From NCBI RefSeq assembly GCF_058153355.1, contig NZ_CM177019.1: a stretch of DNA of 64,000 bases. One strand, written 5' to 3'. Under the pieces are notes generated by a model. It worked only from the letters and a program-made list of their open reading frames with translations. It searched no databases and was not told the origin of the DNA. Positions 45,522 through 55,954 of this stretch are shown here, one piece after another. Numbering within the stretch: position 1 is the stretch's first letter; each line of letters begins with the position of its first letter. A program made the translations under genes and the position numbers.

Positions 45522-46781
45522 TCAACCAATCCCCATGCTTTCAGCCAGAGCTTCCAGCGCCTGTTCAAAGCACGCCAGCGGTGCCCGCACAGTGCCTGCG
45601 CCAATCTGCCCGATCCCCGCCTCTTTATGGGCGATACCCGTATTGATGAGTGGTGTAATGCCGGTTTCTACCACGCGACGAATATCCAGCCCCAGACACG
45701 CGCCCTGGAAATCCCAGCCAGGGATCTGCAACTGCATATTGCGCTCAAGGAAGATTTCTGCCATCTCTTCAGATACAGCTCTGGCTGCTTCCATACCACC
45801 TGCACCGACAAAGCGTGTTACGCCAGGGGCGGCGATCATTGCCGCACCACCGATACCAAAGGTTTCGGTAATCGCGCTATCGCCCATATCCGGGTTCGCC
45901 TGCACCTGCGAGAAGCCGGTGAAAAACAGACCTTGGGGAGTGTTTACAGGCGCAGTAAACCAGCGTTCGCCCAGCCCGCTGACCCGAATCCCGAACATAC
46001 TGCCGTTGCGGGTCATAGCCGTAACGATGCTGCCTGCGCGGATCATCGCACCAGTATCCATCGCCGCCTTGCAGTAAGCCATCGCGAGGTTAAGGAAGAA
46101 CTGATCGGTCACGCTGAGGAAATCCATCACTTCCGCAATGTGCTGTTTATCATGATCGAGGCGAGCAATTTGTGGGGCCAGCGCACGCATTAACAGTGCT
46201 GAGGAAGCAATATTGCGTTGATGAAACTCATCGCCCATCGTAATGCCCTGCGCCATCATCGCCGTGAGATCGATACCGCGCTCCATGCGCCCCAGCGCCG
46301 CGCTTAATACTGGCATTAACACATCGCGCATCCAGCGATGGCGAGTCAGGACATCTTCGCCGTAAGCGCCAAAACGCATCACTTTACCGATACCTTCATT
46401 GAGGTTGCAGTACGCCCGGTTACCGTCGGTCACGTTCTCGACCACCAGCATCGGCATACTGGCAGAAGTAATTCCGCCCATTGGCCCGACGGCATTCACA
46501 TGGTGACAAGGAATGAAGTTCACTTCCCCCTGCTCCAGCATCGCCAGTGCCTGCGCTTCATCTTTCGCCCAGCCTTCAAACAGACACGCACCCACGCACG
46601 CCCCTTTCATGGGGCCGGTCATCTCCTGCCAGCGCATCGGCGGCCCGGCGTGAAGCAGTGTTTTGCCCGGGTGTAGTTCACTGATAAGTGAAGAAGCCGG
46701 TTGCACATCCAGCCAGTGTGGACGAGCGCGACGAATTTGTTCGATAACCGCAGCATTGGCTTGCGCCACTGATGTAAACAT
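45522..46781 (-). CDS. ylbE: Uncharacterized protein YlbE (DUF1116), 419 aa, intact
   Basis: Uninterrupted 419-aa [26 protein letters not shown]; synteny. Confidence 0.85.
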   Translation of the reverse strand: MFTSVAQANAAVIEQIRRARPHWLDVQPASSLISELHPGKTLLHAGPPMRWQEMTGPMKGACVGACLFEGWAKDEAQALAMLEQGEVNFIPCHHVNAVGPMGGITSASMPMLVVENVTDGNRAYCNLNEGIGKVMRFGAYGEDVLTRHRWMRDVLMPVLSAALGRMERGIDLTAMMAQGITMGDEFHQRNIASSALLMRALAPQIARLDHDKQHIAEVMDFLSVTDQFFLNLAMAYCKAAMDTGAMIRAGSIVTAMTRNGSMFGIRVSGLGERWFTAPVNTPQGLFFTGFSQVQANPDMGDSAITETFGIGGAAMIAAPGVTRFVGAGGMEAARAVSEEMAEIFLERNMQLQIPGWDFQGACLGLDIRRVVETGITPLINTGIAHKEAGIGQIGAGTVRAPLACFEQALEALAESMGIG

Positions 46782-46790
46782 GGGAACCCC

Positions 46791-48458
46791 TTATTGCAAA
46801 CGTTCTAATAAACGAGCCAGTTTTTTATTGCCGCCAGCGACTGGTGACCATTGGTAATGCACAACCGGTTTGCTGGCGCTTTGTAGTTCCAGCGCAAAGC
46901 TGCGTAATCCGATGTTAATCACGGCGACGTTTTCCAGTAGTGACGGTGTGTGTTGCTGTGTGGCAGGCGAGAGCGGATGAATTAACGCCGCCGCCAGCAA
47001 GGTGGCTTCCGGCAGCGAACTCACTACCGCGATCCCTGCATCTTCCAGCGTGGCGATTTGTTGCGAGCGGCATTGCGGGTCACGTTCAGTGCCTGTCACT
47101 GTGGCAATGGCATACAGTGGTTGATTGTCTGAACGCGCGGCACAGGCTTTTTGCCAGGCGCTTACCAGCGAGGCTGCAGGATCGGCAGTCGCACCGAAGC
47201 CAATCACCACATCAAGCAGCAATACGCGCACTTGCGCTTTAGCGCCGAGATCGGCAATTAACTGGTTGCGTAAGGTTGGGTCGATCATCGGATGGGGACG
47301 CCCGACGGTGTAGAAATCATCGCCGAGGTCAATGATCTGGTGACCATCGGCGTCCAGCATCATGCCGTGATGATGGGCATCGTCGGCTACCACGCCAAGA
47401 TGCCTGGCAAGTAATCCCGCCGCTTCGGCGGCCAGCGTACCGCCGGTATACAAGCCGCAAATAAGTCCGCTGCTGGCAGGCGCTATCGCGTTACGTCGCG
47501 CCGTAACGCGTGAAAGCAGGCAAGCCAGACGCGCGGCCTCATCCAGCGAGGAGGCAAACCAGACATTCTCGTCGCGGGCCACCGCCGGGATATAACCTAA
47601 AAACAGCGCCACCGTTGGTTTGCCGGTTGCTTTCATGGCATTAACAATTTTCAGACGCACAGCTTCGGCAGGCGGTTTTGAAACAAACGCCAGCACTTCG
47701 CTTTTCTCATCTACACTGAGCATTTCCAGCGCCGTTAGCGCACTGATGCCGCCCACGTCACGGCTGAGGTCGCGCCCGCCAAGACCAATCGCGTGAGTAA
47801 TTCCCTCACCTGCCAGTGCAATCTGCGAACACAGTTCCTGAATCCCGGTACCGGAAGCGCCAATGACGCCAATGTTGCCTTCCGGCATCACGTTAGCAAA
47901 AGCCAGCGGCGTGGCGGCAATCATCGATGTACCGCAGTCCGGCCCCATCACCAGCAAACCTTTTTCCCGCGCGCGGGTTTTAAGTTGGATTTCATCTTCC
48001 AGCGTGACGTTATCGGAGAACATCATCACGTTGAGGTTGCGATCCAGCGCCTGGTTCGCCAGTTCCGCCGCATACTCGCCAGCCACTGAAATCAGCGCCA
48101 GATTGGCATTGGGTAATTTCTGACTGGCACTGTCCCAGCGACGTACCTGCGTCAACGCCTGGCTGCTGCCTGTACCCTGTGCCAGTTGTTTTAGCGCCTC
48201 TTCAAGCTGCCGCATAATCGCCTGCGCGATCCCTGCATCCGCCGCTTCGCTACGAATCGCCACGCAAATATCGTTCGGCGTGGCGTGATTAAAATCGTCA
48301 TGCCAGAAACCTGTAGTCTCTAATAACGCTTTATTGGCGGGCGTACCCATCATTACGGAAACATCATCAACATTTTCTGATTCGCTGAGTTTTCGTGAAA
48401 TAATCATTAAACTGACCGAATCCTGAAAACACCCTTTTTTAATAAAGGCGTGGATCAT
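46791..48458 (-). CDS. fdrA: FdrA (acyl-CoA synthetase NDP-forming-like / CoA-binding), 555 aa
   Basis: 555-aa ORF MIHAFIKKGCFQDSVSLMIISRKL; succinyl-CoA-synthetase-like domains; synteny. Confidence 0.88.
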   Translation of the reverse strand: MIHAFIKKGCFQDSVSLMIISRKLSESENVDDVSVMMGTPANKALLETTGFWHDDFNHATPNDICVAIRSEAADAGIAQAIMRQLEEALKQLAQGTGSSQALTQVRRWDSASQKLPNANLALISVAGEYAAELANQALDRNLNVMMFSDNVTLEDEIQLKTRAREKGLLVMGPDCGTSMIAATPLAFANVMPEGNIGVIGASGTGIQELCSQIALAGEGITHAIGLGGRDLSRDVGGISALTALEMLSVDEKSEVLAFVSKPPAEAVRLKIVNAMKATGKPTVALFLGYIPAVARDENVWFASSLDEAARLACLLSRVTARRNAIAPASSGLICGLYTGGTLAAEAAGLLARHLGVVADDAHHHGMMLDADGHQIIDLGDDFYTVGRPHPMIDPTLRNQLIADLGAKAQVRVLLLDVVIGFGATADPAASLVSAWQKACAARSDNQPLYAIATVTGTERDPQCRSQQIATLEDAGIAVVSSLPEATLLAAALIHPLSPATQQHTPSLLENVAVINIGLRSFALELQSASKPVVHYQWSPVAGGNKKLARLLERLQ

Positions 48459-48774
48459 AACAACTCCTTAAAAATTGCACCCATGGCAATTGCACGAGCA
48501 ATGTTAATGTGGCGATTACGGTATCGATGGATGGTGATAAATAAGGTGATGAATATCACACAGACATTATTAACAAAAGAATTCAAATAACCGCCAGACT
48601 ATTACGCGTTATTTTTTAATAAGCATAGTTGTTTTAAAAACCAGGTTAAAAGCGAGCGGATTATCAAATAAATTCTAACTATATTTTTTTGCCTGTCTGG
48701 ATCACATAATCCAGATATTTTCCCTGTATGTTAATTGCAGTCATGCTTCACACCGTCGTTAAAAAGGAAGACAG

Positions 48775-49824
48775 ATGAAAATCAGTCGGGAAACACTCCA
48801 CCAGCTAATCGAGAATAAACTCTGTCAGGCTGGGTTAAAACGTGAGCACGCTGCAACCGTGGCTGAAGTATTGGTTTACGCCGATGCCAGAGGGATCCAC
48901 TCTCATGGCGCGGTGCGCGTTGAATACTACGCAGAGCGCATATCAAAAGGCGGCACCAACCGCGAACCAGAGTTTCGTCTTGAAGAAACCGGACCGTGCT
49001 CGGCAATTTTACATGCCGACAATGCCGCCGGACAGGTCGCGGCAAAAATGGGTATGGAACATGCCATCAAAACCGCCCAGCAAAAAGGCGTTGCGGTGGT
49101 CGGTATCAGCCGGATAGGTCACAGCGGCGCAATCTCTTATTTTGTGCAGCAGGCAGCCCGCGCCGGATTGATTGGCATTTCGATGTGCCAGTCCGATCCA
49201 ATGGTGGTGCCGTTTGGCGGCGCGGAAATTTACTACGGCACTAACCCACTGGCCTTTGCCGCGCCGGGAGAAGGCGACGAGATCCTTACTTTTGATATGG
49301 CGACTACCGTACAGGCATGGGGAAAAGTGCTCGACGCCCGCTCGCGCAATATGTCTATCCCGGATACCTGGGCGGTCGATAAAAACGGTGCACCAACAAC
49401 CGATCCCTTCGCGGTTAACGCCCTGCTCCCGGCTGCCGGACCGAAAGGTTATGGCCTGATGATGATGATCGACGTCCTCTCAGGCGTCTTACTCGGCTTA
49501 CCGTTCGGGCGTCAGGTCAGTTCGATGTATGACGATTTACACGCCGGACGTAATTTGGGGCAATTACATGTAGTTATTAACCCGAACTTTTTCTCCTCCA
49601 GCGAATTATTCCGTCAACATCTTAGCCAGACCATGCGCGAATTAAATGCCATAACCCCCGCGCCCGGTTTTAACCAGGTTTATTATCCCGGACAGGATCA
49701 GGATATTAAACAACGCAAAGCCGCCGTCGAAGGCATCGAAATTGTTGATGATATTTACCAGTATTTAATTTCCGACGCGCTTTATAACACGTCATACGAA
49801 ACGAAAAATCCCTTTGCGCAATAA
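48775..49824 (+). CDS. allD: Ureidoglycolate dehydrogenase AllD, 349 aa
   Basis: 349-aa ORF MKISRETLHQLIENKLCQAGL; Ldh_2 family. Confidence 0.92.
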   Translation: MKISRETLHQLIENKLCQAGLKREHAATVAEVLVYADARGIHSHGAVRVEYYAERISKGGTNREPEFRLEETGPCSAILHADNAAGQVAAKMGMEHAIKTAQQKGVAVVGISRIGHSGAISYFVQQAARAGLIGISMCQSDPMVVPFGGAEIYYGTNPLAFAAPGEGDEILTFDMATTVQAWGKVLDARSRNMSIPDTWAVDKNGAPTTDPFAVNALLPAAGPKGYGLMMMIDVLSGVLLGLPFGRQVSSMYDDLHAGRNLGQLHVVINPNFFSSSELFRQHLSQTMRELNAITPAPGFNQVYYPGQDQDIKQRKAAVEGIEIVDDIYQYLISDALYNTSYETKNPFAQ

Positions 49825-49845
49825 TTGTTGAGACAGGACTTTCTT

Positions 49846-51081
49846 ATGATTACACATTTCCGTCAAGCCATAGAAGAAACGCTGCCCTGGCTTTCCTCTT
49901 TTGGCGCTGACCCAACGGGTGGAATGACCCGTTTACTTTATTCGCCGGAGTGGCTGGAAACCCAGCAGCAATTTAAAAAAAGAATGGCAGCAAGTGGGCT
50001 GGAAACACGTTTCGATGAAGTGGGGAATTTATACGGCCGCCTGAACGGCAGCGAATACCCTCAGGAAGTGATTCTGAGCGGTTCGCATATTGATACCGTG
50101 GTTAACGGCGGTAACCTCGACGGACAATTCGGCGCACTGGCGGCGTGGCTGGCGATTGACTGGCTGAAAACGCAATACGGCGCGCCGCTGCGAACGGTCG
50201 AAGTGGTGGCAATGGCGGAAGAAGAAGGCAGCCGCTTCCCGTATGTCTTCTGGGGCAGTAAAAATATCTTTGGGCTGGCGAATCCTGACGACGTGCGGAA
50301 TATCTGTGATGCCAAAGGAAATAGTTTTGTCGATGCGATGAAGGCTTGTGGATTTACTCTGCCCGCCGCCCCACTGGCTCCGCGTCAGGACATCAAAGCC
50401 TTTGTCGAACTGCATATCGAACAGGGTTGTGTGCTGGAAAGTAATGGTCAGTCAATTGGCGTGGTGAATGCGATTGTCGGGCAACGTCGCTACACGGTGA
50501 CGCTGAACGGCGAATCAAACCATGCAGGCACCACGCCGATGGGTTATCGTCGTGATACGGTTTACGCTTTCAGTCGCATTTGCCATCAGTCAGTTGAGAA
50601 AGCGAAAAAGATGGGCGATCCGCTGGTGCTGACCTTTGGCAAGGTGGAGCCGCGCCCGAATACGGTGAATGTAGTGCCGGGTAAAACCACGTTCACTATT
50701 GATTGTCGTCATACCGACACTGCCGTGTTGCGCGATTTTACCCAACAGTTAGAAAACGACATGCGGGCGATTTGCGATGAAATGGACATTGGTATTGATA
50801 TCGATTTATGGATGGACGAAGAACCCGTGCCGATGAACAAGGAGCTTGTCGCCACCCTGACAGAATTGTGTGAAAGCGAAAAACTGAATTATCGGGTAAT
50901 GCACAGTGGTGCCGGGCACGACGCACAAATTTTCGCGCCTCGCGTGCCGACCTGCATGATTTTCATTCCCAGCATCAACGGGATCAGCCATAACCCGGCG
51001 GAACGCACCAATATTACCGACCTTGCCGAAGGGGTCAAAACGTTGGCACTCATGCTTTATCAACTTGCCTGGCAGAAATAA
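49846..51081 (+). CDS. allC: Allantoate amidohydrolase AllC, 411 aa
   Basis: ORF track 49825..51081; ATG at 49846 gives MITHFRQAIEETLPWL; M20 peptidase family. Confidence 0.92.
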   Translation: MITHFRQAIEETLPWLSSFGADPTGGMTRLLYSPEWLETQQQFKKRMAASGLETRFDEVGNLYGRLNGSEYPQEVILSGSHIDTVVNGGNLDGQFGALAAWLAIDWLKTQYGAPLRTVEVVAMAEEEGSRFPYVFWGSKNIFGLANPDDVRNICDAKGNSFVDAMKACGFTLPAAPLAPRQDIKAFVELHIEQGCVLESNGQSIGVVNAIVGQRRYTVTLNGESNHAGTTPMGYRRDTVYAFSRICHQSVEKAKKMGDPLVLTFGKVEPRPNTVNVVPGKTTFTIDCRHTDTAVLRDFTQQLENDMRAICDEMDIGIDIDLWMDEEPVPMNKELVATLTELCESEKLNYRVMHSGAGHDAQIFAPRVPTCMIFIPSINGISHNPAERTNITDLAEGVKTLALMLYQLAWQK

Positions 51082-51091
51082 GGAGTTATAA

Positions 51092-51877
51092 ATGGGATAT
51101 TTAAATAACGTCACCGGTTACCGCGATGATTTACTGGCTAACCGTGCGATTGTTAAACACGGTAATTTCGCGCTGCTAACCCCGGACGGTCTGGTAAAAA
51201 ATATTATTCCGGGCTTTGAAAATTGTGACGCAACAATCCTCTCCACGCCAAAGCTGGGGGCCTCTTTTGTTGATTATCTGGTCACACTGCATCAAAACGG
51301 CGGCAACCAACAGGGCTTCGGTGGTGAAGGAATTGAAACGTTCCTGTATGTGATCTCTGGAAATATCACTGCCAAAGCCGAAGGGAAAACATTTACCTTA
51401 AGCGAAGGTGGTTATCTTTATTGCCCGCCAGGCTCCTTAATGACTTTTGTTAACGCCCAGGCCGAAGACAGCCAAATCTTTTTATATAAGCGTCGCTATG
51501 TTCCGGTAGAAGGTCATGCGCCGTGGCTGGTTTCTGGCAATGCCAGCGAACTGGAACGCATTCATTATGAAGGCATGGACGATGTTATTCTGCTGGATTT
51601 TCTGCCCAAAGAGTTAGGTTTTGATATGAACATGCATATCCTCTCTTTTGCGCCAGGTGCCAGCCACGGTTATATCGAAACTCACGTCCAGGAACACGGT
51701 GCCTATATTCTTTCCGGTCAGGGGGTTTATAACCTCGACAATAACTGGATCCCGGTGAAAAAAGGCGATTACATCTTTATGGGCGCTTATTCCTTACAGG
51801 CTGGTTATGGCGTAGGACGTGGTGAAGCGTTCAGCTATATTTACTCGAAAGATTGCAACCGTGATGTTGAGATTTAA
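51092..51877 (+). CDS. allE: (S)-ureidoglycine aminohydrolase AllE (YlbA), cupin, 261 aa
   Basis: 261-aa ORF MGYLNNVTGYRDDLLANRAIVKHGNF; synteny after allC. Confidence 0.9.
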   Translation: MGYLNNVTGYRDDLLANRAIVKHGNFALLTPDGLVKNIIPGFENCDATILSTPKLGASFVDYLVTLHQNGGNQQGFGGEGIETFLYVISGNITAKAEGKTFTLSEGGYLYCPPGSLMTFVNAQAEDSQIFLYKRRYVPVEGHAPWLVSGNASELERIHYEGMDDVILLDFLPKELGFDMNMHILSFAPGASHGYIETHVQEHGAYILSGQGVYNLDNNWIPVKKGDYIFMGAYSLQAGYGVGRGEAFSYIYSKDCNRDVEI

Positions 51878-52007
51878 GTCATACCACTCGCCTGATTATT
51901 TTTAGCTATGTTGGATTTTGCCACGGTTTATACCGTGGCTTTTTTTTTGTAGTCAATTCAGGTAAAAAAAGATGCGATATAAATCGCATCCGCTTTAAAG
52001 GTAAGAG

Positions 52008-53153
52008 TCAGTTTTTAATTCCCTGACCTATTTTAATGGCGCAGGCAATATTTCGCGCGCTGTTGAAGAGATTGGTTTCACCGCTTGCGAGCACTTCGGC
52101 TAAAGGTGCCAAACGTGGCAAAATGCTGAACACCGCGTCAATGCCGTACTGGTGCACCACTTCCACGCCATCACCCAATACGCCAGCAATCCCAATCACC
52201 GGGACATTAAACTGCTTCGCCACCGATGCCACACCCAGCGGCGCTTTACCGCCTGCCGTTTGCGAGTCGATGCGCCCTTCCCCGGTGATCACCAGTGCTG
52301 CACCCTGCACCGCCTGCGCAAGATTGACCGCATTCAACACAATCTCAATACCCGGTTTAATATCCGCATTGAGGAATACCGCTGCGGCAATTCCCATGCC
52401 TCCGGCCGCGCCGCCGCCCGCCATCTGGCAGACGTTGATTTCAGTTAGCTGTTGTAAAACACGGGCGTAATTTTGCAGCCCCTGTTCCAGCTCTTCGACC
52501 ATTTCTGGCGTTGCCCCTTTTTGCGGGCCAAACACCGCCGCCGCGCCGCGTGCCCCTACCAACGGATTATCTACATCGCACGCTACTTCAATATGGCAGT
52601 TCGCCAGGCGCGGATCGCACTCCTCCATCTCAATGCTTGCCACGCGCGCTAAATTGCCGCCGTTAGCCACCAGCACCTGACCGTCGGCATCGAGAAAACG
52701 CACACCGAGCGCCTGCGCCATGCCCATACCGCCGTCGACCGTCGCGCTACCACCAATGCCGAGAATAATATGGCGAATATCGTTATCCAGCGCATGGCGA
52801 ATTAACTCCCCCGTACCAAAACTGGAGGCCAGCAACGGATTACGCTTTTCAGGCTCGACCAGCATCAGGCCACTTGCAGCCGCCATCTCAATCACCGCCG
52901 TTTTCCCGTCGCCGGTAAGGCCATAAAAAGCATTCACTGTTTCCCCCATCGGCCCACAGACTTCAAGCGTCACGATTTTGCCGCCCGTCGCGGCGACCAT
53001 CGCCTCCACCGTCCCTTCGCCGCCATCCGCTATCGGCAGACAGATATAGTGCGCATCGGGAAAGAGGGTCGAAAACCCGGCTTTAATTGCCTGACAACAT
53101 TTTTCTGCACTTAAGCTCTCTTTAAACGAGTCTGGTGCAATGACAATTTTCAT
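52008..53153 (-). CDS. glxK: Glycerate 2-kinase GlxK, 381 aa
   Basis: ORF track 52008..53159; ATG at 53153 gives [27 protein letters not shown]. Confidence 0.92.
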   Translation of the reverse strand: MKIVIAPDSFKESLSAEKCCQAIKAGFSTLFPDAHYICLPIADGGEGTVEAMVAATGGKIVTLEVCGPMGETVNAFYGLTGDGKTAVIEMAAASGLMLVEPEKRNPLLASSFGTGELIRHALDNDIRHIILGIGGSATVDGGMGMAQALGVRFLDADGQVLVANGGNLARVASIEMEECDPRLANCHIEVACDVDNPLVGARGAAAVFGPQKGATPEMVEELEQGLQNYARVLQQLTEINVCQMAGGGAAGGMGIAAAVFLNADIKPGIEIVLNAVNLAQAVQGAALVITGEGRIDSQTAGGKAPLGVASVAKQFNVPVIGIAGVLGDGVEVVHQYGIDAVFSILPRLAPLAEVLASGETNLFNSARNIACAIKIGQGIKN

Positions 53154-53174
53154 TATCAATCCTTTTTCAACAAA

Positions 53175-54476
53175 TTATTCGATGCGTTCCCACGGAATAA
53201 GATTATCCATAAGAACAGCCAGTAAAATTCCGACCAGTAAGCCGTTACTGAGCAGAGGACGAAGCGTTAATGGAAGGTCTTGCAGATACACAGGCGGTAA
53301 TGCCATTAAAAATATGCCGACAAATAACGGCAATGCGAGTCGATAAATATTGCGAGCGGTAAACGTGATTTGCTGGCTAAACACCAGCGCGGAAAAGAGT
53401 AAAGGCAGATAAGAAACCAGCATGACCGCGCTACTGACTGGTAAGGGGATACTGCAAAACAGTCGCGTGAGTGCCGGAACCAGTGCCACCAGCAGGCAAA
53501 TAACGCTGCCATAAATAAACGAACGCCGCGTGTAATCGCCAGTCTGGGTTAATAAACCAATGGATGAAACAAACGGTGAAAATGGAATTACCGCCAGCGG
53601 CACGGTTATCAGCGTCATAAATCCGGTCGCCACAAAGCTGCGACGATAACGCGTATTCCCCGCGCCCTGTTGCGGATAAAAAACATCCGTGCCACGAATC
53701 GCACCGTAGGTATTGCTGATATTTACCAGACCTGTAATCACCGCCGTCAGAATAATCCCCGGCAACAAAGCACCGCCACTGCCAAGCGGGAACCACTGCC
53801 AGTGCAACTCACCGGAAAGCGAGTGCGAAGAAGGAAAGCAAAAGTACCACAACAACCAGCCGGTTATGGTACCGACCAGCAGGCCATAACGGGCAAAACG
53901 TTGCGGCAGAAAAATAATCATTGCCAGTACCAGGCACATCACCGCCACCGAGAGCGCGAACGGCGGTAACTGAATTTTAAAATTCGGGTCGGCTATGCCA
54001 AACGGCAGGCCGAGCATACCTTTGAAAAAGATAGTGGTCAGCTGCGCGCCCAGCATCAACATAAACAAGACCATCACCGACGGCGTAAATAACCGCGCCA
54101 GGCGATGACCTAATCCGCTAAAACCAATCAACATCGTCAGCACGCCAGAAATCGCAATCCCCACCGCCAGACTGGTAGCGATATCGTTGATCGGGGTCCC
54201 GCGCGATGCTTCGCCAAGGGTAATAGTAAGGATGGTTCCCCACCACAGGCCACCCGGCCCTTCCATAATAGCGCGACGATGACCGCAGAACGCCTGAGCG
54301 AAGCAGGCCAGTGCGGTAGCAAGAAAAGCATATTGCGTGAGCGTAAGCAGGCTACTTTGCGGCAACTGAAAAGCAGAAAGTAGCGTAGGAGGAACCACAA
54401 CCGTGTTGCAAAAAATAAAGAAAAACCACTGAAATCCTGATAACAGGCTTTCGCGGCTGACTGCAAAATTGAACAT
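53175..54476 (-). CDS. ybbY: Putative purine/uracil permease YbbY, 433 aa
   Basis: ORF track 53175..54482; NCS2-family membrane protein; start at MFNFAVSRESLL. Confidence 0.88.
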   Translation of the reverse strand: MFNFAVSRESLLSGFQWFFFIFCNTVVVPPTLLSAFQLPQSSLLTLTQYAFLATALACFAQAFCGHRRAIMEGPGGLWWGTILTITLGEASRGTPINDIATSLAVGIAISGVLTMLIGFSGLGHRLARLFTPSVMVLFMLMLGAQLTTIFFKGMLGLPFGIADPNFKIQLPPFALSVAVMCLVLAMIIFLPQRFARYGLLVGTITGWLLWYFCFPSSHSLSGELHWQWFPLGSGGALLPGIILTAVITGLVNISNTYGAIRGTDVFYPQQGAGNTRYRRSFVATGFMTLITVPLAVIPFSPFVSSIGLLTQTGDYTRRSFIYGSVICLLVALVPALTRLFCSIPLPVSSAVMLVSYLPLLFSALVFSQQITFTARNIYRLALPLFVGIFLMALPPVYLQDLPLTLRPLLSNGLLVGILLAVLMDNLIPWERIE

Positions 54477-54532
54477 AAACACACCTTAACCGGAGAATGC
54501 CCGCCGCAAGGACGGGCATTGCAGGGGCCAGA

Positions 54533-55894
54533 TTACTGCTGATGTTTAAGGATAAATTGACCTTTCGGCGCAACAGGGAAGCCCTGTTCGATGTCGTAAA
54601 TCACATCACCACGTAAGAGGGTTTTCGTGATACGCGCGCCAATGGTACGGCCAACATACGGGCTGACTTTGTGGCGATATTCCAGATCGTCATTGGTAAG
54701 AACATAGCTGCTATTCGGCTGAATGAAGACGAAGTCGGCATCTTTTCCTGGGGCGATCCGGCCTTTTTGCTGCAAACCGAAAATATCTGCTGCGTTAGTT
54801 GCCATTAATTTGCCGAACATCGGCAGAGACATACCACGTTTCTGTACCGCTTCATCGAACATCACGTCCATGCAGCTTTGCAGACCGGCGATACCGCCCC
54901 ATGCTTTCATAATGTTACCGGCTTTCATTTCCGGCGGGCATGGAGAGTGGTCGGAAACCAGGCAGTCGATTTCACCGTTAAACAGTTTTTCCCACATGCC
55001 TTTCTGGTTTTCCAGATCGCGGATCGGTGGTGAACACTTCGCCAGAGTACCGATTTCTTCGAACTGATCGGTATCCAGCACAAAGTAATGCGGGCAGGAT
55101 TCACAGGTAACATCCTGGCCTTCCTGACGTGCACGAGTCACTTCCTCAACACCTTCCGGGCTGCTGATATGACAAACGTGCAGACGGCAACCAGCAACTT
55201 TCGCCAGGTACAGCACGCGGCGAATCGCTTCCACTTCGGTAAATACCGGACGCGAAGCCACATAGTCATGTGCGGTTACGCGACCTTCACGTTTCGCTTC
55301 TTCGCCCAGTTCGTCACAGATCAGCGCGTTTTCGCAGTGCACCAGCACCGGCTGTCCCAGTTCGCCCAGCTTCTGCGCACCTTTGAAGAACTGCCAGTCA
55401 TTGACGTCACGGAAGTCGTTGTCGATACCGCGATCGCCACAGGTCGCAACGAAGCATTTGAAGCCGACAACGCCCACTTCATCCAGCTCATGCAGACGGT
55501 CGATGTTGTAAGACACCAGGCCACCGAGTTGCGCCGCATCGATAGTCAGCTTGCCTTTAGCGGCATCAAACTTCAGTTCAATCGATGCGCGGTCAACCGT
55601 TGCAGGCTGCTGGTTGAGCGGCATTTCGATCATGGTGGTGATACCCCCTTTTGCCGCTGCGCGAGTACCCGTTTCATAACCTTCCCAGTGGCTACGACCC
55701 GGTTCAGAAATATGGGTGTGCGCATCAACCATGCCTGGCGAAACCACCAGACCAGACGCATCCATAACTTCTTTTGCATCGCCCAGATCCTGACCGATAG
55801 CAGCAATTTTTCCGCCTTTAACGGCGATATCTACAACGCGAGCTTCGTTTTCTAAAATAACGGTGCCGTTTTTAATGATTAAATCAAAAGACAT
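54533..55894 (-). CDS. allB: Allantoinase AllB, 453 aa
   Basis: ORF track 54533..55942; ATG at 55894 gives [28 protein letters not shown]; amidohydrolase motifs (DAHTH). Confidence 0.93.
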   Translation of the reverse strand: MSFDLIIKNGTVILENEARVVDIAVKGGKIAAIGQDLGDAKEVMDASGLVVSPGMVDAHTHISEPGRSHWEGYETGTRAAAKGGITTMIEMPLNQQPATVDRASIELKFDAAKGKLTIDAAQLGGLVSYNIDRLHELDEVGVVGFKCFVATCGDRGIDNDFRDVNDWQFFKGAQKLGELGQPVLVHCENALICDELGEEAKREGRVTAHDYVASRPVFTEVEAIRRVLYLAKVAGCRLHVCHISSPEGVEEVTRARQEGQDVTCESCPHYFVLDTDQFEEIGTLAKCSPPIRDLENQKGMWEKLFNGEIDCLVSDHSPCPPEMKAGNIMKAWGGIAGLQSCMDVMFDEAVQKRGMSLPMFGKLMATNAADIFGLQQKGRIAPGKDADFVFIQPNSSYVLTNDDLEYRHKVSPYVGRTIGARITKTLLRGDVIYDIEQGFPVAPKGQFILKHQQ

Positions 55895-55954
55895 AACAAA
55901 CTCCTTGTAAAATACAGATTGGTTTTTTAACTCAATGTTCAATATCGGGATTAA

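Noticed and set aside
45501-46193. Plus-strand ORFs (230 aa and 188 aa) antisense to ylbE
   Set aside because: Embedded within ylbE; no independent start context or domain signal.
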